DNA of 15,305 nt from a bacterium. Lineage in GTDB: Bacteria > Hinthialibacterota > Hinthialibacteria > Hinthialibacterales > Hinthialibacteraceae. Numbering within the stretch: position 1 is the first letter of the stretch; each line of letters opens with the position of its first letter. Shown here in pieces: positions 1 through 9,777 of this stretch. Location of the stretch: positions 1 through 15,305 of the forward strand of contig JBHGBC010000149.1 in assembly GCA_041946805.1 (NCBI GenBank). Reading direction: 5' to 3'. The position numbers and the translations under genes were made by a program. A model generated the notes under the pieces. The model worked only from the letters and a program-made list of their open reading frames with translations, made no database searches and was not told where the DNA came from.

Positions 1-1221
<1,221 letters not shown>

Positions 1222-1402
1222 CGATGCCTCCTGAGCAGGGTTAAATAATTATCCATCATTGAGACAACGATCGACCCACGCGAAACGGCTCCGGCGCCAG
1301 GCCGGACATTCACGGGATGAAAGTTCCATTTCCGCAGAAGGCTCATGTCCAGGGATGGGGCCGCTTTGGGGGTTGACCCGAATACAGAAAAAAGCGCACA
1401 AG

Positions 1403-1422
1403 ATAGATATGAATTTATCTAT
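1403..1422. promoter_or_regulatory. Perfect inverted repeat ATAGATA-N6-TATCTAT upstream of pckA, candidate operator
   Basis: 7-bp perfect arms in an AT-rich patch about 180 bp upstream of the pckA start. The regulator is not identified. Confidence 0.4.
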
Positions 1423-1572
1423 ATTCCGGATGTACAAAAGCCTGCGATTGGGTATGACGTGTTTAGGATTCCAGCATCGTCCGCCAAAGATTGCCAGAAT
1501 TATAACTATCCCCGGGAATTGAACAAGGTGGGGAAAAATATATTTATTGTAGATGTCTCTCCCAGGATTCCC

Positions 1573-2541
1573 TCAGCGGAGCGGGGGGGGTGGGGCCGGA
1601 GGGGAAGCGAGGGCCTGGCGCAGGCTTTCCCCGTGGATGGCGCCGGCGCGGCCGAGCAAGGCGTGGCGCAAGAAGGGAAGGCCCAAGAGGGCCAGAAACC
1701 AGTATCCCAGAATCGAGTAGAGAATGCCGGCCGCCAGGTTGGTTTCGAGGGAAGCGTAAGTTTGAAAAAGCAGGATCATGGCGCTGTCGCGCGTGCCCAT
1801 GCCCGCCAGGGTGATGGGCGCCAAGCCGGCGAAAATGGCGATAGGCAAGGCGGCGATGATATACAGTAGAGGGACCTCCACCTGAAACGCCCGGTAGACG
1901 ATCCAGGTTTGCCAAAAGGTGAAAAACCAGTTCAACAGGGTGATAAACAGGATCAGGCCGAACGCGCCGGCGTGCATGTACATTTCACGAGAGGCGGCGA
2001 GCACGTCGAGCACGAGCGTCCGCCATTTTTCCGGAACGCGGTGGACGAGGGGCGACGCGGCGGCCAGGAAAAAAAGCAGCACGCCGCCCAGGATGGCCCC
2101 CGCCACCAGGACCGCCGTTGGGAAGCCATACATCACCCCTCCCAGGACGCCGAACAGGCAAAGCGCCACCACGTCCATCACCCGTTCGGCCAGGATGACG
2201 CCGGTGGTGCGGGAGCAGGAAAGGACGTCTTTCAGGAACACGATTTTGATCAGATCGCCCGATTTGGCGGGGGTGATGGCGCCCAGGGGCCAGGCGGCCA
2301 TGATGATGATGAAACTGGGCCAAAGTCCCAGGCGGGCTCCCAGCCGGCGGACGATGAGGCGCCAGCGGAGGGCGCACAAGAGGGGGAAGGTGAGGGAAAG
2401 GGCGAAGGCGGCCGTCACGAGGGCGGGATCGGCGCGCCGCAGGACCGCAGACGCGTTCGCGAAGTCCATCCGGCTGAAGAGGAAGGCGAACACCGTCAGG
2501 GTGATGAGCAGCAACAGAGCGCGGCGTGGCAAACGTGGCAT
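1573..2541 (-). CDS. Lysylphosphatidylglycerol-synthase TM domain / flippase-like (UPF0104) integral membrane protein, about 322 aa
   Basis: Multiple hydrophobic helices with family motifs LRWRLIV, ITPAKSGDLIK, ERVMD and PITLAGMGTRD. Start reassigned to ATG 2541 (MPRLPRRALLL), which is preceded by AGAGGA. Confidence 0.85.
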   Translation of the reverse strand: MPRLPRRALLLLITLTVFAFLFSRMDFANASAVLRRADPALVTAAFALSLTFPLLCALRWRLIVRRLGARLGLWPSFIIIMAAWPLGAITPAKSGDLIKIVFLKDVLSCSRTTGVILAERVMDVVALCLFGVLGGVMYGFPTAVLVAGAILGGVLLFFLAAASPLVHRVPEKWRTLVLDVLAASREMYMHAGAFGLILFITLLNWFFTFWQTWIVYRAFQVEVPLLYIIAALPIAIFAGLAPITLAGMGTRDSAMILLFQTYASLETNLAAGILYSILGYWFLALLGLPFLRHALLGRAGAIHGESLRQALASPPAPPPPLR

Positions 2542-2715
2542 GATTCCTCTTTTATCAGGATGGTACCGGATTCGTGGGAGATTCAGAAAGGGTAGCATGG
2601 GATCAGGGCTGGATCCAATACGCGTCACCGGATGAAATTCCTGGATTTATGCCCAGTGGAGGACCTTATTGATCGGCGTCATGCAATCCAGGATCATTCA
2701 TATCCCTTTTCTGGT

Positions 2716-2752
2716 TTCCCGCTTCCCCCGGGAGAGGGCCAAGGTGAGGGAA
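2716..2752 (-). repeat. BoxC/PIT-like (potential intrastrand triplex) repeat, copy A
   Basis: Reverse complement TTCCCTCACCTTGGCCCTCTCCCGGGGGAAGCGGGAA matches 5483-5519 at 29/37 positions without gaps. Confidence 0.7.
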
Positions 2753-2841
2753 TTCTGGCGCGGGATTCCAGCCAACCCGCGCTTTACAAAGCTCGTCCGC
2801 CGGAGGGAGAGGTTGAAGGCAGCGCTTCCCCTTCGCCGGAT

Positions 2842-2876
2842 TCCCGGATCCCCGCTTGCGCGGGGATGATCCGGGA
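2842..2876. repeat. REP-like palindrome (CGTC-type, TCATCCCCGCGCAAGCGGGGATCC on the minus strand)
   Basis: Hairpin TCCCGG-ATCCCCGC-ttgc-GCGGGGAT-gat-CCGGGA. Resembles the widespread gtcatYcccgcgNaNgcgggRatcc extragenic palindromes. Confidence 0.65.
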
Positions 2877-2934
2877 GTTGGCGGTCCGCGGGACGGGAAG
2901 AAAAACCGTTTAGCCAAGATTTCATTAATTATGA

Positions 2935-2962
2935 TTGACGGATTCCAAAGAGGTTATACAAT
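2935..2962 (+). promoter_or_regulatory. Putative sigma70 promoter for fusA
   Basis: TTGACG (2935-2940) - 16 nt - TACAAT (2957-2962), with an AT-rich upstream tract at 2919-2934. Confidence 0.55.
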
Positions 2963-3253
2963 TAAACGAGGGCCGGTCTTCTGTGCATTGTGGAAGACCG
3001 GTTTACTATGTAATCGGCCGCCATGGATCCGGAGGACGTGGGAGGTTGAGAGGGATTCCTGGCCCGATGTCCGTTTTTCCTGCCTATGTGATTTCGTGGG
3101 AACAATATGGGTTTGTAAGATGTGGGTGTCCGGGACGCCGGGCGGTGCCAGCCGGGCGGGGCGCGGATTTGCGCGGAACCGGAGGGAGAGAATCCGAAGA
3201 TCCGGACACGAACGCGAGGCGTTGGATGTAAAGAAGGATGCAGGTAAAAAAAC

Positions 3254-5341
3254 ATGAGACGACAATACCCACTTGAACGCGTCCGGAACATCGGGATCAT
3301 GGCGCATATCGATGCCGGGAAGACCACGGTGACGGAACGGATACTCTTTTTTACCGGACGCACCCACAAAATCGGCGAAGTCCACGACGGGGAGGCCGTC
3401 ATGGATTGGATGGAGCAGGAACGGGAGCGTGGGATCACGATCACCTCGGCGGCGACCACATGTAACTGGCGGGAGCATCGCATCAACGTCATCGACACGC
3501 CGGGGCACGTGGATTTCACGGTGGAAGTGGAGCGTTCCCTGCGGGTGTTGGACGGGGCGATCGCCCTGTTTTGCGGCGTGGCGGGAGTCGAGCCGCAGTC
3601 GGAGACGGTCTGGCGGCAGGCGGAAAAATACGAAGTGCCGGTGATCGCCTTCATCAACAAGATGGACCGGGCCGGCGCCGATTTTTTCCGGGCCTTGGGA
3701 TCGATGGAGCGGCAGTTGCACGCCAATCCGGTTCCCATCGTGTTGCCGATGCTGCGGGACGGCAACCTGGACGGCGTGATCGACCTGATCCACAACTGCG
3801 CGCATATATATGACGACGTCACGGGGGAAAAGCGCCACGACGAGCCCATTCCCCCGGAATTTCAGGATTTGCACGACCAGTGGTACAAGCACCTGGTCGA
3901 AAAGGTGAGCGAGGCCGACGAAGTCTTGTTCGAGAAATATTGCGAGGGGGCCGCGATTTCCAAGTCCGAGTTGATTCAGGGCATCCGTCGGGCCACCCTG
4001 GCGCGGACCATCACCCCGACGCTCTGCGGGGCCGCCTTCAAGAACAAAGGCGTCCGGCGCCTATTGGACGCGGTGGTCGATTTTCTGCCCTCCCCCGTGG
4101 ATCTGCCGCCGGTCATCGGCGTGCACAAGGACGAGGAGATCGTCCGCAATCCGTCGGACGACGCGCCGCTGGCGGCCCTGGCCTTCAAGGTCATGACGGA
4201 CAAGCACATGGGGAAACTGGTGTATTTCCGGGTCTACTCGGGGATCATGAAAGCCGGATCCTACGTGCTCAATTCGACCAAGGGCGAAAAGCAGCGGATC
4301 GGGCGGTTGCTGCAGATGCACGCCAACAAGCAGGAGCAGCGGGACGAAATCTTCTGCGGGGACATCGGCGTGGCGGTGGGGCTGAGCGACACGGTGACCG
4401 GCGACACGCTGTGTGACATCGACCATCCCATCCTGCTGGAGGCGATCGAGTTCCCCGCCCCGGTCATCTCGGTGAGCATCAAACCCGAATCGCGCAACGA
4501 CAGTGATAAACTGGGCGTCGGATTGGGCAAGCTGGCCGAGGAGGATCCGACGTTTGTGGTCACGTCCGGGGAGATGGAAGGCGAGACGGTCATATCCGGC
4601 ATGGGCGAGCTGCATCTCGAGATCATCGTGGACCGGTTGAAACGGGAATACGGAGTGGCGGCGCTGGTCGGCCGGCCGGAAGTGGCGTACCGGGAAACAA
4701 TTGCCCGGTCGTATGACATCAACCACCGCTACGTCAAGCAGTCGGGCGGCAAGGGCGATTTCGCCCATGTGATGTTCAAGGTCGAACCGAACCTGCCGGG
4801 GCAGGGTTTCGAGTTCGAAAACAAGATCGTGGGCGGTGCGATCCCCCGCGAATACATCCCGGCCATCGAGAAGGGGATCCTCGACGCCATGAAACGGGGC
4901 ATCTACGCGGGGTATCCGGTGGTGGATGTCAAGGTGACCCTGTACGACGGATCGTTCCACGAGGTCGACTCGTCCGAACGGGCGTTCCGGATTTGCGGCA
5001 GCCAGGCGTTCAAGGAAGCGTTCCTCAAAAGCCGGCCCTACCTGATGGAGCCGATCATGCGGGTCGATGTCACCACGCCGCCCGAGTATTCCGGAGGCAT
5101 CAACGGCAACCTCTGCGCCCGCCGGGGTCATATCCTGGGAATGGACAGTATCGGATCGAGCAATGTGATCCGGGCGATGGTCCCCCTGTCGGAAATGTTC
5201 GGCTACGCGACTGATCTGCGCACGATCACTTCAGGCCGGGCGGTCTTTTCCATGCAGTTCGAACACTACGAGCAGGTGCCTAACAGCATCGCGGAAGATA
5301 TTATCCGTTCCCGGAACGAAAAACTGCGGGGCGCGGCGTAA
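3254..5341 (+). CDS. fusA: Elongation factor G (stand-alone copy), 695 aa
   Basis: [15 protein letters not shown] (G1), ERERGITI (G2), DTPGHVDF (G3), NKMD (G4), [45 protein letters not shown]. Full EF-G length. Confidence 0.97.
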   Translation: MRRQYPLERVRNIGIMAHIDAGKTTVTERILFFTGRTHKIGEVHDGEAVMDWMEQERERGITITSAATTCNWREHRINVIDTPGHVDFTVEVERSLRVLDGAIALFCGVAGVEPQSETVWRQAEKYEVPVIAFINKMDRAGADFFRALGSMERQLHANPVPIVLPMLRDGNLDGVIDLIHNCAHIYDDVTGEKRHDEPIPPEFQDLHDQWYKHLVEKVSEADEVLFEKYCEGAAISKSELIQGIRRATLARTITPTLCGAAFKNKGVRRLLDAVVDFLPSPVDLPPVIGVHKDEEIVRNPSDDAPLAALAFKVMTDKHMGKLVYFRVYSGIMKAGSYVLNSTKGEKQRIGRLLQMHANKQEQRDEIFCGDIGVAVGLSDTVTGDTLCDIDHPILLEAIEFPAPVISVSIKPESRNDSDKLGVGLGKLAEEDPTFVVTSGEMEGETVISGMGELHLEIIVDRLKREYGVAALVGRPEVAYRETIARSYDINHRYVKQSGGKGDFAHVMFKVEPNLPGQGFEFENKIVGGAIPREYIPAIEKGILDAMKRGIYAGYPVVDVKVTLYDGSFHEVDSSERAFRICGSQAFKEAFLKSRPYLMEPIMRVDVTTPPEYSGGINGNLCARRGHILGMDSIGSSNVIRAMVPLSEMFGYATDLRTITSGRAVFSMQFEHYEQVPNSIAEDIIRSRNEKLRGAA

Positions 5342-5368
5342 TTCCACTATTCCTATCGAGACAAACCG

Positions 5369-5400
5369 AGGGCATGGGCGGACCATGCCCTTTTTTGTTT
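5369..5400 (+). terminator. Rho-independent terminator after fusA
   Basis: Perfect 9-bp stem AGGGCATGG-gcgga-CCATGCCCT followed by TTTTTGTTT. Confidence 0.88.
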
Positions 5401-5482
5401 AAGGATTGGGAAAAATACAATGTGGAGAGCGCGGAGAAATGGGTAATGGAGAAAACCATGGGTCATCACGGGACATAAGGCT

Positions 5483-5519
5483 TTCCCTCACCCTAACCCT
5501 CTCCGAGAGGGAGAGGGAA
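5483..5519 (+). repeat. BoxC/PIT-like (potential intrastrand triplex) repeat, copy B
   Basis: TTCCCTCACCCTAACCCTCTCCGAGAGGGAGAGGGAA: pyrimidine tail plus an 8-bp hairpin CCCTCTCC/GGAGAGGG. Closely resembles the enterobacterial BoxC/PIT consensus as I recall it. Confidence 0.75.
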
Positions 5520-5749
5520 TCGTATCCGGCGGGTCGTGTTATGGGCTGCGCCGCGCGTGGAGTCTAGCCGGCCATCAAGGATGGTTTTGTGGGCCATAAT
5601 CTTGGATCGGCATGCCCATTTCCGGGGGATTGTGAGATACTTCTCCACTCTTCTTTTCCAGGGACGGGAGAGAACCAGAGGCGGAGGGAAGGGATTCATG
5701 CAGTGAGTGCCACTCCTCCATGGTAAATTCGATACGAAAGCGGATAACC

Positions 5750-8545
5750 ATGATCAAGGTATCACGCGTGGCAGTCCTGGTGTTGTTCGTCGCCGGACCG
5801 GGAATGGCCGGGTATCCGGAAACCGCCGGGGGCGGCGGATTGGCGGCGGAATCACCCCGGGAGATTCAATTGCGCCTGGGGGGGCCGATGGGAGAGCGGG
5901 TGTCGGCCCATCTCGACGGTTGGTTGACGGCGGCTCCCTACGCCAATCCCGGCATGCTGGAGATGTTCCGGATCCGTGACCGGAAACCGGTTCCATCCCT
6001 GGCGCCGTGGGCGGGGGAATTCGTGGGCAAGTATTTGATCTCCGCGATCCAGGCGCGGCGGATGTTCGGCGAGGATACGCCGGAGCGGCAGCGGTTGGAC
6101 GCCGTGATCCGGGAAACGATTTCCGATTTATTGTCCACACAGGCCGAGGACGGTTACCTGGGGCCGTTCCGGAAAGAAGAACGGCTGCTGGGCAACTGGG
6201 ACCTGTGGGGGCATTACCACGTGATGTCGGCGCTATGGATATGGCAGGAAGAAACCGGTGACGCGGCCGCGCGGGACGCCGTGCTGCGCGCCGCCGATCT
6301 GATCTGCCGCACGTTTCTGGATACGGGGCGGCGGGTGCGCGAGGCCGGATCGGCGGAGATGAACATGGCGGTGATTCACATCCTGGCGCGGCTGTACCGT
6401 GACACCGGCCGCGCGCGGTATCTCCAGATTTCGCGCGAAATCGAGAAGGATTGGGAAGCGGAAGGCGATTACGCCCGGCAGGGGGCGCGGCACGTGGATT
6501 TCTACCGCCAACCCAAGCCCCGGTGGGAAAGCCTGCACGACATCCAGGGCCTGCTCGAACTGTACCGGATCACCGGGGAGGAAAAATACAAGACCGCGCT
6601 GATCCACATCTGGCGGAGCATCGCGCGGTTCGACCGCCACAACACGGGGGGATTCTCCACCTTCGAGCAGGCGATCGGCAATCCCTACCTTCCCGGGGCG
6701 ATCGAAACCTGCTGCACCATCGCGTGGACCGCCTTGTCCCTCGATGTATTGAAATTGACGGGGGATTCGACCGTGGCCGACGAGTTGGAATGGAGCACGT
6801 GGAACACCGTGCTCGGTGCGCAGCATCCCTCGGGCCGCTGGTGGACGTACGACACGCCGATGGGGGGCGAGCGCAAGGCTTCCGCGCACAGCATCGTCTT
6901 TCAGGCGCGGGCGGGCACGCCGGAACTCAACTGCTGTTCGGTCAACGGGCCGCGGGGGTTGGGCCTGATATCCGAATGGGCGTTCTTGACCGACGCCCAG
7001 GGAGTGTTCGTCAATTACTACGGGCCGTTGGAAGCCGAGTTGGAAACCCACCAACACGGCCGGATCGGCCTGCGGGAAGTGACCGATTATCCCGCCGGCA
7101 ACCGGGCCGTGATCCAGGTGACGCCCGGCGGTCCCACGACGATGACGCTTCGGTTCCGGATTCCCGGCTGGTCGAAGAGTACGAAGGCTTGGATCAACGG
7201 AGAGCCGGTATCCGGCGTTCATCCGGGAACGTACTTGGCCTTCGCGCGGGAATGGCGGCCCGGCGACCGGGTGGAGTTGGAATTCGATTTCACGATCCGC
7301 CCGTGGGTGGGGGATTACAATTGTTCCGGCCAGGTGTCGCTCTTCCGGGGGCCGCTGCTGCTGGCGTTCGATCCCCACTTCAATGCCTGCGACGAAGATC
7401 AAATCCCCGCGCTGGACGCGGAGCGGCTCGGGTATTCCGAGGTGAAATCCGGAAAGGAAAAATTCCCGCCCCTCGTGCTGCTGGAATTTCAAGGCCATGA
7501 CGGGCGTCCCGTGCGTCTCTGTGATTTCGCCACCGCCGGCGCGCCGGGCACGGCGTACCGCACCTGGCTGCCCGGAGTGAACTTTGCGCCGCCCACGCCC
7601 GTCTTGAAAGGGCCCGCGGACGGCGCGGCCGTTCCATCGGGGCCGCTGGCCTTCGAGTGGCTGGGACAAAAGCAGCCGGGCCGCTCGTATACTTTGGCCT
7701 TCGCGGAAGATGCGGGCCTGGAGCGGGTGGTGAAGACCATTCCGGATATCGCCTGGCCGTTCTGGACCGGCGATCCGGGATTGGAGTCCGGCCGGACGTA
7801 CTATTGGCGCGTGACCACCCATGAGGCCCATGGGGATTCACCTTCGGCGCCGTTCGCGTTTCACATCGACGCGGCCTTGCCGAATCCCCTGGCGCGCGAA
7901 TCCGGCGCGGGCGGGGGATCCGCGATCCGGGAAGATGGTCTGATCGCGGCCTCCCCTTTGAACGGAGATGGCGCGCCGGAATTCGGCCGGCTGCTGGAAT
8001 CAACCCATGTGCAATCCGCGGCGGACCGGTGGGGGAATCCGCGGGGGGCCGTACGTTTCGCGGGGAATGGTAAACTGCTGTATGCCGCGCCGGTGTTTCC
8101 CGTGGAGGAATACACCTTCCTGGCGTGGATTTGCCCGGAGGATCCGGGAGAGGACCGCCTGGCGCAGGTTTTCAGCGCCTGGGCGAAGCCGGGTGACGAT
8201 CCCTTGCGGGTGGTGATGGAGAAAGGGCGGCTCTTCGCCCGCATCGAGGGCGGCCCGGGAGCCGCTACGGGGGGCGTTCCGGTGACGTATGGCGAGTGGA
8301 CGCACGTAGCCGTGGTCAAGCGCGGGCCGTCGCTGGCGTTGTACGTCAACGGGGAACGGCGGCAGGAAGTGAACGTGCTCATTTACTGGTACACGGCGGC
8401 GCGGGATTTCGCCCTCGGGGCGAATCCGCATTATTCGGGGAACGAATATTTTGTGGGATCTCTCGATGATTTCGCCTGGTACGCCCGGGCCTCGAGCGTG
8501 GAGGAGATCATGGCGGCTTACCGGGAGCCGAACAAGGCGAGATAA
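5750..8545 (+). CDS. Secreted GH127-like (beta-L-arabinofuranosidase/DUF1680) glycoside hydrolase with Fn3-like and C-terminal LamG domains, about 931 aa
   Basis: Signal-peptide-like N-terminus (MIKVSRVAVLVLFVAGPGMAG). GH127-type motifs QAEDGYLG, TGGFSTFEQ, ETCC, NCCSVNGPRGL, TDYP, LRFRIPGWS, RGPLLLA. Fn3-like GLESGRTYYWRV. LamG-like WTHVAVV..LYVNG..FVGSLDD. Alternative start at 5720. Confidence 0.88.
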   Translation: MIKVSRVAVLVLFVAGPGMAGYPETAGGGGLAAESPREIQLRLGGPMGERVSAHLDGWLTAAPYANPGMLEMFRIRDRKPVPSLAPWAGEFVGKYLISAIQARRMFGEDTPERQRLDAVIRETISDLLSTQAEDGYLGPFRKEERLLGNWDLWGHYHVMSALWIWQEETGDAAARDAVLRAADLICRTFLDTGRRVREAGSAEMNMAVIHILARLYRDTGRARYLQISREIEKDWEAEGDYARQGARHVDFYRQPKPRWESLHDIQGLLELYRITGEEKYKTALIHIWRSIARFDRHNTGGFSTFEQAIGNPYLPGAIETCCTIAWTALSLDVLKLTGDSTVADELEWSTWNTVLGAQHPSGRWWTYDTPMGGERKASAHSIVFQARAGTPELNCCSVNGPRGLGLISEWAFLTDAQGVFVNYYGPLEAELETHQHGRIGLREVTDYPAGNRAVIQVTPGGPTTMTLRFRIPGWSKSTKAWINGEPVSGVHPGTYLAFAREWRPGDRVELEFDFTIRPWVGDYNCSGQVSLFRGPLLLAFDPHFNACDEDQIPALDAERLGYSEVKSGKEKFPPLVLLEFQGHDGRPVRLCDFATAGAPGTAYRTWLPGVNFAPPTPVLKGPADGAAVPSGPLAFEWLGQKQPGRSYTLAFAEDAGLERVVKTIPDIAWPFWTGDPGLESGRTYYWRVTTHEAHGDSPSAPFAFHIDAALPNPLARESGAGGGSAIREDGLIAASPLNGDGAPEFGRLLESTHVQSAADRWGNPRGAVRFAGNGKLLYAAPVFPVEEYTFLAWICPEDPGEDRLAQVFSAWAKPGDDPLRVVMEKGRLFARIEGGPGAATGGVPVTYGEWTHVAVVKRGPSLALYVNGERRQEVNVLIYWYTAARDFALGANPHYSGNEYFVGSLDDFAWYARASSVEEIMAAYREPNKAR

Positions 8546-8794
8546 GGTTCATCCGGCTTGCGCCTTCATGAAGAGGAAGCCCAGGCAGTCATTTGAGGGA
8601 AAGAGCGGCGTCATTCTGCCCATGATATGAAATGGGGACGGCTTTCTTCCGCGCCCTTGAGAAGAAGAGATTGAGGGGGGATCTCTCTGGCCCGGGCGGG
8701 GGGAGCTCCATTGCGCTTCATGGAAAACATCTACACACCGGCCCGGGGAATCGCATTGTGGTGCCGAGCAGCGAAGGAAAGGATTGGCGGATTC

Positions 8795-9736
8795 ATGAAC
8801 ATGCCATTGGCGGACCAAGAAAAACGCTGGGCGGCCCTGACTTCGGTGGTGGCGGCCCTCGGATTGACCGGTATGAAAATCGTGGTGGGGATCGTGACCG
8901 GCAGTCTTGGGATCCTGGCCGAAGCCGCTCATTCGGGGCTGGACCTGGTGGCCGCCCTGGTGACCTACCTGGCGGTCCGGTATTCCAGCAAGCCGGCGGA
9001 CAGCAGCCATCTTTACGGGCATGGCAAGGTGGAGAACCTGTCGGCGTTGTTCGAAACGCTGCTGCTGCTGGCGACCTGCGTGTGGATCATTCACGAGGCG
9101 ATCGACCGGTTGTTCGTGAAGGAGGTGGAAGTCAGCGCGTCGGTGTGGGCGTTTCTGGTGATGGCGGTCTCGATCGTGGTTGACAAATACCGGTCCGCCA
9201 ATTTGTACCGGGTGGCCCAGAAGTACAACAGCCAGGCCCTGGAAGCGGACGCCCTGCATTTCAGCACGGACATCTGGAGTTCGTGCGTGGTGATCCTGGG
9301 GCTGGGCGGCGTGAAGTTGGCGCAATTCTTCCCGAGTATTTCCTTCATCAAGCACGCGGACGCGGTGGCGGCCCTGGGGGTGGCGATCATCGTCATCTAC
9401 GTGAGCATGGAACTGCTAACCCGGTCCCTGCAGGGTTTGTTGGACGCCGCCCCCCACGGCGCGGCCGAAAAAATCAAAAAAGAAGTGGAAAAGCTGCCCA
9501 ACGTGATCGATTGCCATCACGTGCGGGTCCGCTATTCCGGATCCCATCTGTTCGTGGATATTCATGTCCTGATGGATGGGAATCTCACCCTGGACGAGGC
9601 ACACGAAATCACGGAGCAGGTCGAGGATTCGATCCAGAAAAAATTCATGGACGCGGACGTTTCGGTGCACCCCGAGCCGCGGGGCATCCACAAGGCGGAT
9701 GGCAGGGGAAGGGCCAGGGGTGTGATCCCTGGCTGA
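8795..9736 (+). CDS. Cation diffusion facilitator (FieF/CzcD-like) transporter, about 313 aa
   Basis: GSLGILAEAAHSGLD, KPADSSHLYGHGKVE, ALEADALHFSTD, and a C-terminal dimerisation domain (HHVRVR..VDIH..EAHEI..VHPEP). Start reassigned to ATG 8795 (or 8801). Confidence 0.93.
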   Translation: MNMPLADQEKRWAALTSVVAALGLTGMKIVVGIVTGSLGILAEAAHSGLDLVAALVTYLAVRYSSKPADSSHLYGHGKVENLSALFETLLLLATCVWIIHEAIDRLFVKEVEVSASVWAFLVMAVSIVVDKYRSANLYRVAQKYNSQALEADALHFSTDIWSSCVVILGLGGVKLAQFFPSISFIKHADAVAALGVAIIVIYVSMELLTRSLQGLLDAAPHGAAEKIKKEVEKLPNVIDCHHVRVRYSGSHLFVDIHVLMDGNLTLDEAHEITEQVEDSIQKKFMDADVSVHPEPRGIHKADGRGRARGVIPG

Positions 9737-9777
9737 GCGGGGATTGCTCCGGCGGGGAAGTGTGAAAAAACCGTCCT

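Noticed and set aside
2632..2925. Short ORFs in the flippase-fusA gap (e.g. PLPPGEGQGEG, SRIPACAGM) and 5493-5699 (PLPLGEG)
   Set aside because: These peptides are the well-known translations of the extragenic repeats themselves, not evidence of genes.
2954..5131. Long minus-strand ORFs (312, 295, 356 and 153 aa) opposite fusA
   Set aside because: These are typical antisense shadows of a conserved high-GC gene.
6233..8431. 532-aa, 349-aa and other alternative-frame ORFs within the GH127 gene
   Set aside because: Arg/Pro/Gly-rich shadow ORFs caused by stop-codon scarcity at high GC.
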